Shown piece by piece: positions 41,642 to 64,000 of a DNA stretch of 64,000 nt; position 1 is the first letter of the stretch, and each line of letters opens with the position of its first letter. The translations under genes were made by a program, and so were the position numbers. The DNA comes from Octopus vulgaris (lineage: Eukaryota), in NCBI GenBank assembly GCA_951406725.2, contig OX597830.1:35402001-35466000 (forward strand). The letters are read 5' to 3'. The notes below the pieces were generated by a model that saw only the letters and a list, made by a program, of their open reading frames with translations, did no database searches and had not been told where the DNA came from.

Positions 41642-41982
41642 CATATACGTATACATCTACATACATATACATATATGACTCCGTCTGTGTATGTGTGTGT
41701 ATCTATGTTGCGCCAATATTGACTGAGAATGTTCTGTGTGACATATCTGACCACACTATAGTGGGTGGTCGAGATTTCTGTTTATGTGTATGTACAAGCT
41801 TGTGTACCTGTATGCATGTATGTATACTTCCCGTACCCATATATATATATATATATACATATATATGTATATATACATATATACACACACATATATATAT
41901 ACATACATACATACATACATATGTATATACGCACATATATATACATACATATATATATACATATATATATACATACATATAT

Positions 41983-42055
41983 ATATCTCTAGTACTCTGT
42001 GTCTATTTCTGTGGCCCACGACTACTTACACAGGGTCGCTGAAACATTAGCAGGC

Positions 42056-42111
<56 letters not shown>

Positions 42112-42142
42112 GCCTGCTAATGTTTCAGCGACTCTGTGTAAG

Positions 42143-42182
<40 letters not shown>

Positions 42183-42255
42183 GCCTGCTAATGTTTCAGC
42201 GACCCTGTGTAAGTCGTCGTGGGCCTCAGAAATAGACACAGAGTACTAGAGATAT
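41983..42255. repeat. Fold-back: ~78-bp inverted arms around (TA)n plus an extra partial arm
   Basis: 41983-42060 vs 42178-42255 has 2 mismatches; partial copy at 42107-42144. Confidence 0.93.
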
Positions 42256-42592
42256 GTAAGGAGTGAGAATAAATGCATAAAGAGTAAGAAGAGAAAGTGT
42301 AACAAAGAGATAAAGAACTGTGGAAGGGAAAATAAACTAAGACAGATAGATATGTAACCGTAAAGAACGGTAGAATATCATTCGTCTCTGTGAATGTGTG
42401 AATCCTTGAGTGTTCGATGCCTACTGATGTAATAATATCTTCGCAGTTCTTTTTATTTTCTTTTTAAATATATTTTTGTTATAATTCTTTCTTGAGTTTT
42501 GCTCAGTTCTGATCTTGAAACTTCTTTGCTCTCCTTTTTTTCTTTCATTTCTCCTTTATTCTTTTTTTTTTCTTTCATTTAGATTTGTTTTA

Positions 42593-42775
42593 TTCTTTTG
42601 CTTGTTTCAGGTATTTGACTGCGGCCATGCTGGAGCACTGCCTTTAGTCGAGAGCAAATCGGCCCCCCATGACTTATTCTTCGTACGCCTAGTACTTATT
42701 CTATCCGTCTCTTTTGCCGAAGCCTTGTGAGTGGATTTGGTAGACGGAAACTGAAAGAAGCCCATATTACATATG

Positions 42776-42821
<46 letters not shown>

Positions 42822-43026
42822 CATGTTTGTGTCTGTGTTTGTGCCCCCAACAGCGCTTGACAACCGATGCTGCTGTGTTTACGTCCCCATAACTTAACAG
42901 TTCGGCATAAGAGACCGATAGAATACGTACTAGGCTTACAAAGAATAAGTCCTAGGGTCAATTTGCTCGACTAAAGGCGGTGCTCCAGTATGGCCACAGT
43001 CAAATGACTGAAACAAGTAAAAGAGT
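42593..43026. mobile_element. Family-B minus-strand 3' module fused to a 5'-truncated plus-strand copy
   Basis: Junction TTTTGCCGA|AGCCTTGTGAG at 42720/42721. Confidence 0.88.
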
Positions 43027-43027
43027 A

Positions 43028-43060
<33 letters not shown>

Positions 43061-43091
43061 TATGCACACACACACACACATAAATATGTAA

Positions 43092-43142
<51 letters not shown>

Positions 43143-43663
43143 TATGTATATATAGACACACAAACTCACACACACACACAGATATGTGTATATTCACACG
43201 TGCGCACGTACTCACACAACCCCATGCAAACATGTACACGAATACACAAACACATGCTCGCGCGCTCCCACAGATCGTATCGATTATTACCAGGTCTCCT
43301 ATAAACGGTCAGAGATATTACACTGGCCGTGCTGGTCCTCTTTGCCTGTCTGCTCGGCTGCGTGTTTAGTGAAATTTGTCGGTGTGCTGGCTTGCATGGC
43401 AGACAGGCTGCCAATTGACTCCATGCAGAAATGCATGTAGAAAGAAAACGGATGTTGGGTGGGCAGTAGGGTGAGGGACATGGGAAGGGTGGGGGGTAGA
43501 GTCTGGCGTGCTGGCCGGTTTGCTGGCTGGCTGGTTAGCTTGCTGACTGGATACTTGAATAAATAGATGGTAGGACGGACATACCGGCCGGATGGACGGA
43601 TGGGAAGACAGATGGATTGAAGGACAGAAATATGTGTGTGTGTGTGTGTGTGTGTGTGTAAAG

Positions 43664-43705
<42 letters not shown>

Positions 43706-44319
43706 CAAACAGATAGATAGATACATACATACATACATACATACATACATACATACATACTTAGATAAACTGATAGATAGGTGGATAGAGGGAGGGACGA
43801 GTAGATATATAAATGAATATATACTTCGGACAAACAGACGGACGGACGAACGGATGGATGTACGGGCGAATGGTCAATTGGATAGGTGGATGTGTGGATG
43901 GGTGTATTGACGGATGGAGGTTTTGTACGATGTATGTGGTGAAGGAGTGACAAGCTGCGAGCATTTTTGTGTGCGGCTAGTTTATTTTATCTGGATAGAA
44001 ACCTGGAATGTTAGGTTGTTAGAATTTAACATAAATGGTTATTATATGACTGGAACAGATGCTTGAAATAAGCTCTTAGAGCTGGACACACTGAAATTCT
44101 GTTTGAGATAGCATCTGATTGATGCGAGAGAAGCGGGTGGAGATCGGATGCTCGGATTTATGTCTAGTCATTGGATATGACAACATGGTGTTTTAGATAA
44201 TTACATGTCGAAATATCTGCTTCGATGGTTCGATGGTTCGCCGGTTGGGTGGCCAAGTTTCTGAATTTATTTCAATCAATGTTGTAACAAATATATGCCA
44301 AAGTATGTATGTATGCATA

Positions 44320-44384
<65 letters not shown>

Positions 44385-45149
44385 CATTATACACACACAC
44401 ACATGTACATATGTGTGTGTGTGTGTGAGTGGTAAGTGTGTGCATGTTTGTGTATCATACTGATTTATTACTAATTTCATAAGTTAAGCTTTATTATATT
44501 AAATGTATATGGAAAAAGATACTATGTTGCAGTTTGTTCAAATGCCAAACTTCATTACGGTAACTAAATATTTAATTACATTTCGTAAAAATAATTATGT
44601 AATTTAAACTAAAATTTAAAAAATACTCGTAATCAATTTAGCTTAACAACTTGTAACCTTCGCTATGAGTAACGTTACATGTAAACATAATTAAATATTA
44701 ACTTCTTTAAGTTATACTAAACTTTAGAAGTATCTATATTTTATCTCCCGAGCTTTATATTAAGTTAAAGCTAATGTTACTTAATGTAAACGTTTACTTT
44801 AACTAAATTCATTCCATAAGAAGTTATGTTTAATTACACAAAATTAATAAGAAAATTTCATCAATTTAATATTAATGGTAATTTAAATGTATTAACTTAA
44901 TAATATGTTAAATCTAAGCAGGTAAAACTAATTAAGCTAAATTTATGATAATTTTAACTACGCAAACTTCATAAGGAAATGTAATTACATTAAGACTATG
45001 ATACTTGATTATAATAATTTAGTAATTTGAATTTAATTACTCAACTTTAAGATAATTCAAACTTAAATACACTTCATGATGAGTTCAATTAATTAAAGTT
45101 ACGTTATAATTTAAATCAAATTAATCTAACTTAAATGAGTTTCATTACA

Positions 45150-45340
45150 GATGTGATTGTGTAGTAAGAAGCTTGCTTCCCAAACCTGTGGTTTTGGTTT
45201 CAATCCCAATGTGCGGAACCTTGAGCATGTGTCTTCCACTAGAGACCCCGGGGCGACCAAAATCTTGTGGGTGGATTTAATAGAAGAAAACTGAAAGAAG
45301 CCCGTCGTGTATATATATGCATGTATGTATCTGTGTGGGG
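45150..45340 (+). mobile_element. SINE family B, diverged 5' module
   Basis: GAAAACTGAAAGAAGCCCGTCG. Confidence 0.75.
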
Positions 45341-45479
45341 GGTGATGGTAGTGGTAGCATTGGGAATGGTTGTGGGGGTAGCGGCGGCGGCGGTGGAGAC
45401 AGTGGGATGTCGGAGTTGTTGTTGATATTGCTTGTGCCGGTGGTATATTCCGTTGTTGTCTCTGTTGACACATCCAACA

Positions 45480-46760
45480 CGGTTCCGATGGACCAGACCC
45501 TTGATGAAAAATATTTTACCTGGATGCCTAATGCACCTAGGATCACATTATCCAACATGAATTTTTTTCTTCTTTTCTAAGACCATAGGGTATGCTACAA
45601 TGGAAAAACATAGCAATTATTTCTGCCAGATCTTGCGGTAGGGCATCATTGATGAGGTACGTGGTACAGAGTCCTAAATAGTACAACGCCCATTCTCACT
45701 TTGATATAAGAAGAAATATTTATAGCAGTATCCACTAGTGTCTATTTTACCAAATGAAAAGTCGACACCAGCAGGAATTGAACTCTGGACTAGATATTTG
45801 AAACTAAAAGCTGCCAATCACTTAGTCACCCCCATTCCACCAATCAAAATACACATTTCAGCTCCATTCGTTTTCTTCTAAACTGTTATATAATTATAAC
45901 AAAGCCACACTGCCCTACAGGAATTTTAAACAGTCACCCAACCTGCTAGAAATAATAGCCAATTTAAAAATAATAATAATGGTGGTTGCAACTGGTACGA
46001 ATTTTTTCGGCCTCAAGAGGACGAGAGTCAAAGTCATCCTCGGCGTAATTTGAACTCAGGATCGGATGATATGCTCGTCGTGCTAACGTCTCTGCCAGTT
46101 TGTTGCATTAATGTAAGCCAGTAGTAATAATAGCAAGTAGGCAGGAGGATGGTATATTCTGAGTTTACTGAATCTGTGGGTCACTTTTAATCATTGGACG
46201 GCAGACACCTTCCTCAGTTTCAGCTGACCCGGATCTCCAAACAAAATCGAAAAAGAACAGTGGCGACAACAATGCCAGCAATAGACAGACATACAGAAAA
46301 AATAACTGGACAGTAAAGAAGGAAATCCTAAATGCAAGTGACTACTATATGCGCTAAACGGTCACTCGACATGCTAGAAATGGGAGCGACATCCCCCTTA
46401 CATAACATTTTAGCGTACATGTGTGTGTGTATGTTAAGGCTAAAACTAAGAAGTAATAGCGATTGCTAGTATCCCTTTTATCTCGTGTCGACTCTAGCAA
46501 AGCCGGCTTGGGGTTAAACAGCAAACGTAGTAGTCTTTACGTGGAAGTTCCACCTGCTAGAAATACCAACCAAAACTCTCTCAAGTTACATTCTACCAAC
46601 CTAAAACAAGAAGAGACTAGATATTGCATACCTACATATGATGATGGAGCTTCTCTAGGTTTTGAGAATGAACACGCTATTGTTCAATGGCCTGAAATAA
46701 CCACCTGTTAAATAGCCATGTAACTGAATGGCTCTATCCGGGCTGACCTGGAGTTAAATG
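45480..46760. mobile_element. Old SINE fragments (decayed family A and a further family with CCTGCTAGAAATA and GGGCTGACCTGG motifs)
   Basis: Motifs recur at ~45942, 46370, 46553 and 46740; related tails at ~3400, ~19640 and ~47930. Confidence 0.5.
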
Positions 46761-47135
46761 CCTGCTAAATCCGTATGTCACAAAATGTAGCATAATTTTA
46801 AGCGATCAGATTTATGGAATATTGATTCGTCAATCTGTAAAATACACCTTTGTCGTACAACATAGACAACTGCATAAAAAGTTGCTCTCTCTTTCTATCC
46901 AGCAACGCATAAGTCTTCTTGAAGGCCTTTCAACAATAATAAGTGAAAAATAATGCAGAGATGTCATGACAATGTAATGAAATTGGTGGCCTTGCAAAGT
47001 TGGTTCTTCCCATAATTGTGGTAAGAAAACTAGGCAAAGACGAAGAAACGAAAAGATGGGCAGATATCGTTAGGGAATGAACAATGAAAATGTTGACATA
47101 CTACATCGTATTATAGTCAAAGCTCGAAGCTCGGG

Positions 47136-47339
47136 TACATGAGGGGTTGTTGAATGGTTCCTATCTTCAAGGGATCGCGAAAGGCAAGTTTGGAGGATTG
47201 AGAGTTCTTAGAAAACTGAAGGACCGCTGCAATAAATGTGTGAATCTGAGATGGCAATGTGTTAAATAAAATCATAATTAACTGATTTTCCTATATTTTC
47301 TTTTACCCAAAGACAGGATCTTTTCCCCGACCCCTTGTA
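47136..47339 (+). mobile_element. Short mariner-derived MITE
   Basis: Decayed TIRs (GAGGGGTTGTTGAATGGTTCCT / AGGATCTTTTCCCCGACCCCTTGTA); internal LKDRCNKCVNLR transposase tail. Confidence 0.6.
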
Positions 47340-47645
47340 TATATGCGAGTGTACTGCATATTACGCGAGTGCATGTATATATACATACACAGAATTACAT
47401 ATAAGGATATATACATAAAATACAAAATGGGACAAGAACGCAAAGCATCCGGACAGTTAGGTGATATAAAAAGGGATAACAAAACATCCAGATAGACGAT
47501 GCACTTTGGTCTATATATATAAATCTATATATATATATATATATATATAAGCAAGAAAAAACACAACATACATACACATATACAAGCAGAAACAGACAAG
47601 CAGATAAACAAACACACTTGCGCACTTAGACAGAAAGCGGGGAGG

Positions 47646-47708
<63 letters not shown>

Positions 47709-48238
47709 GGTAGCATATACAGAAACAAAGGAATGGACAACAGCAGAATGTCTTTGAATTAATACGAATGTTATCACTCTGATATGATGCTAAAGGGCTA
47801 CAAGAACGCCGCTAGGGAGCTCTTGATTGTTGTCTAACTTGCATGTAAAAGCTTCCAAACTTTCCTTAAAATAAATTCTACTCTATTGGACAGTATAGTC
47901 TGATATACAAAAATATGGTTGGGATGGCCACAACTGGAAGATATTTGATCATAATTGTTAGGCCCTGGCTAGGTATTAACAACGATAACGACAATAGTTT
48001 ATATATATTTTGAAGTCCAAGATAGAAATACAGAAGAGAGAGAGAGAGAGAAAGAAGGAGAGGGTGTAAAGGGATAAAGGAAGGGAGATTATCGTGGTTT
48101 TACTTTTATTTATTTATATTTTTTTTTGCATATTTGCGCCTGTGCTTGTGTGTGCATGTGTGAAGAGAAAGTGAGAGAGAGAGAGAGTATGAAAGAGTGT
48201 GACGGTGGGGAGGAGAGAGAAACGATGCGTGTACCGAC

Positions 48239-48294
48239 CTCGTTGAGGAAAACAAAGAAACAAGAAAAGAAACGGAGCTACCACAGCATCCCAT
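48239..48294 (-). CDS. Speculative first coding exon MGCCGSSVSFLVSLFSST
   Basis: ATG with N-acylation-like MGCCxS motif, AG|GTCGGT donor-like site, downstream of the candidate promoter; no homology recognised. Confidence 0.2.
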
Positions 48295-49011
48295 TAGATG
48301 TCGCTATAGCAAGGCTGAGGGAAGGGGATCTCTTGAATCTGTATCTCCGAGCAATGACAGACCTAGATTATGTAAATCCATGATTCCACAGACAGGCCAA
48401 AAGCGTCTATTTATTTTATTTTGGGGCCCTTTTATGAATTTTTTCATTATTTTCTTTTCTCCTTTTATTTATTTATGATTTTTTAATAATATATATAAAT
48501 TTTTTGTTTTTTTTGTTTTCGCATTAGTGATGACGGCAGAACATTGGCAGAAATTAAATTCACCAGTTAATAAAGTTATAAATTCACTGGTTAATCGGTA
48601 AACGTTGTCGGACATTAATATTATATTCCTTGTCGCAAATGTACAGTTACCTCCCTTTACGTTTTAAGTTCGAATCCCGTTGTCGTCGCTGATGTTGTGT
48701 TTTTCTTCTTTTTCATATATATTTTCATCGTCTTTTAGTACAATCGATTTAAATATGTTAGCAGTCAAGAACAGAGAGATCAGGTCGATTTGAACCTATT
48801 TACGTTCTGCCCTCATCTTGTCCCACAAGGCCCAGTAAAATTTTTGTTTTTTTCTGGGATTTTTTTTTTTTTTTTTGTCTTTTGTTTTTGTCATTCTTTC
48901 TATTTTTAAACAACTTGCTTGACCGATATTATAAATCCATGTTATATTATTAGAGAAGAAATAGCCACGTTTGAGCATGTGGATACTGGAGTGAATGGGA
49001 AAATTCAAATC

Positions 49012-49038
49012 ACGATGATGATGATGATGATATGATGG

Positions 49039-49085
<47 letters not shown>

Positions 49086-49230
49086 GTGATGATGACGGCA
49101 ACGACGAAGACGACAACAACGATGATGTTGATAATGATGATGATGATGGTGTTGGTGGTGGTGGTGGTGGACCTCGTCGTGAAAGTGACGGTAGCATTCG
49201 GGGTGGTAGTGATGACGACGACAACGACGA

Positions 49231-49266
<36 letters not shown>

Positions 49267-49591
49267 CGGTGGTGGTGGTGGTGGGTTTTGCTGGTGAATT
49301 TCTTTTCTAAACAAGAACTTTTACGGAATTTCACAAAATATTTTACGTCGGTCTCAAGGGCTGGGAAGTGGAGCGAGATTCGTTTACGCTACAAATTGCC
49401 GGACATATTTTCTTTTTGTGGGAATCCTCCCCCTCCCACCCAATTCGTGGGAAAAAATTTCGTAATTACATTTGTCCATTTCAAAATTTTTTCTTTTTCT
49501 CTTTTGTTATTCTACTTAATATTTTGTACCCTTTGAAGTTTTATAATGAAAATAATAACCGATTGTTGTGATTCGTATAAAAGCCGATTCC

Positions 49592-49624
<33 letters not shown>

Positions 49625-50150
49625 GGTGGTGGTGGTGATGCTGGTGGTGATGGTTGTGGCAAGCTAGTGATGGCGTTGTCAATATAAACGTTATTGAATG
49701 TGTCCGTGAAGATTAGTAATTGCAGCTGGAGTCAGAAAAAGGGTCCTAATTGTTGTTGTTTTTCTTTTGTTATTGATGTCGTTGCTGTTGTTGTTGTTGC
49801 TGCTGCTGCTGCTGCTGTTGCTGATGACGATGACTATGACACTGACCGACGGCGATCAGGATCATGACGACGTCGGCGACGGTGATGACGAAGATGAAGA
49901 CAGCGACGGCGATGATGATGATGATGATGATATTTTTTGTTGTTGTTGTTGTCGATGTGCTTCCGCTGCTGCAGCTGGCGTCAAGTTTGACATCAACGAT
50001 GAAAAAGATGATGACAATGATGATGATGTTGATGACCACGACGACGACGACGACGTCAACAACAACATGATTAAGATAACGTTATTGATGATGACGACGA
50101 TGATGATCATGATGATGATATTTTTGGTGTTGTTCTTGTTGTTGTTAGTC
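49012..50150. repeat. CpG-retaining trinucleotide (GAT/GAC/GGT/GTT/GCT) mosaic interleaved with unique sequence
   Basis: Direct reading; resembles a low-complexity 5' UTR. Confidence 0.8.
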
Positions 50151-50244
50151 CTGTTTTTGTAACGTAATATTTAGGTCAATGTCATAAAAATAGACGTTGG
50201 TTCTTTCTGTTTGTTTTTTCTTCTTTCGTTTCGAAAATGCAAGT

Positions 50245-51160
50245 TCGTTCATTCACTTCCGGTAAATGTAGTAGAAATACTGCCAGAGTTTAGTCCATCC
50301 GTCTGTCCTTCTCGGAAACAAGTAGAAAGCCGGTTATCTAACATGAGGATTCACTGGTCAAGCATTAGACCAGTCACGTGACTAGCCGTGCCATTATTGG
50401 TCACTTGTACGTGTGGCTTTTTGATTTTGTATTTATTTACTTTACGTAGAATATTAACACTAGGATATAAAAGAATCAATCAGAGAAGCGATGGTCATTT
50501 TCTAATGTTTGAAATAAGCCGAGAACCACATAAAGGCAACACCGAAATAAATAAATAAAACAGAAAAAAAGAAAGAAGGAAAGAAAGAAAGAGAATAAAG
50601 ACGAACTGGACAAAATGATTGGTCAGCTTTGCAAAGAGAAGGATATAAGGTGTTTGTGTGCAAATGGACAAGAAGAGGGATGTGGGTAGTTACGGGATAA
50701 TTTGAGGACAAAATGGGCAGGAATTATGTCAAAGGAAGACTAAAGTGATTTGTGAATTTTAGTATCGACTAGGTCGCGCCTTTGCTTGACCAGTGTCCAG
50801 TGAGAATTGCTGGCAGGTAGTAAAAGAGAAAAATTGATTGGTCTGGTCAGTAGGCGTTGGAGAAATGGGAGTTGGACGGAGAAGAATTTCTCTTTGATGG
50901 TCATTCACTCATTATGCCACTATGAACTTAGTATAAATTGAATAGAATTGGTTGGTCAGCGAAAGCAGTCAGGCAGTCAGGCAATCAGTCAGTGGCGCAA
51001 GGCCACTGGCCAAGGAGGTTTGCACGTCAGTTGGTCAGTTATGTGGCTAATATATATAGCTTTAATACAACAAATACATAATAATCAAAGTTAAGGGGTT
51101 TGGCCATTGGGATATGAGACAATCAGAAAATCCATTGGTGTCAAGTGAAGCTCTAAGCCA
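50245..51160. promoter_or_regulatory. Candidate Pol II promoter/enhancer
   Basis: ETS CACTTCCGGT 50254-50263; palindrome AGTCACGTGACT 50372-50383; six ATTGG (50396, 50618, 50837, 50947, 51106, 51134); ACGTCA ~51024; no repeats. Confidence 0.65.
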
Positions 51161-51559
51161 TTGACGAAAAGATCAGAGACGAGTGTAAAGGAGCAAAGAC
51201 AATAATGAATAGAGGAAAAGGGAGAGAGAGAAAGTGAGAGAGAGATGGAGAGAGACAAGGAAACAGAAGAGAGAAAGAGAGAGAGAGAGAGAGGTGTTTA
51301 ACTGTATATTTGTATAAGCGGTTCCATGTGAAGTGATTGTATGTACAAGTGTATATGTAGATGTGTATAGCTGGAATGTGCATGAGGTGATATTTATGTG
51401 TGTATGAATAGGACAAAATGTGACTGTAATATGTCTAAGAGCAACTATTTGTAAATGTGAGATTGCAAGCAGTTTACAGGTTTATAAATGGAAGAGAAAA
51501 ACATTCCGCCTCTTATAAACATGCATACGTACATAAATAAATACATATACTTAAATACA

Positions 51560-64000
<12,441 letters not shown>

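Noticed and set aside
43270-43440. FN3-like IDYYQVSYK peptide and a 10-bp inverted repeat (43344-43353/43399-43408)
   Set aside because: The rest of the frame lacks FN3 features; the hairpin interior is mostly weak G-U pairs
48126-48383. Plus-strand ORF ending PLDVAIARLREGDLLNLYLRAMTDLDYVNP, and a possible SECIS
   Set aside because: No polypyrimidine acceptor or credible start; the SECIS stem does not pair
50734-50883. Partial resemblance to miR-7 (GGAAGACTAAAGTGATTT) and miR-184 (TGGACGGAGAA)
   Set aside because: Matches are incomplete and no precursor hairpin is evident

Overview
Eukaryotic, microsatellite-saturated (TA, CA, TAGA, GA, trinucleotide) non-coding DNA. The repeat content is consistent with an octopus/coleoid cephalopod genome (inference from recalled SINE families, not a database result). 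No convincing intact protein-coding gene was found, and nearly all listed ORFs are translations of simple repeats. The window holds at least four tRNA-derived SINE families (my labels A-D), RTE LINE 3' remnants, Tc1/mariner remnants (one DD37D), a hAT end, MITE-like foldbacks and Penelope-type terminal-repeat remnants. Most notable: (1) family-A SINEs appear to insert at a GGTAT target that also lies inside themselves, building headless ~184-bp tandem arrays, and a candidate partner LINE tail lies nearby; (2) six minimal hammerhead-ribozyme-like motifs lie within ~12 kb; (3) a CCAAT/E-box/ETS-rich candidate promoter at ~50.2-51.2 kb is followed on the minus strand by a putative long first exon, in which a hairpin-embedded UAG separates a uORF from an in-frame MGCC ORF (speculative A-to-I stop-recoding site); (4) two near-perfect fold-back structures. 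Coordinates were read by eye and may be off by a few bases.
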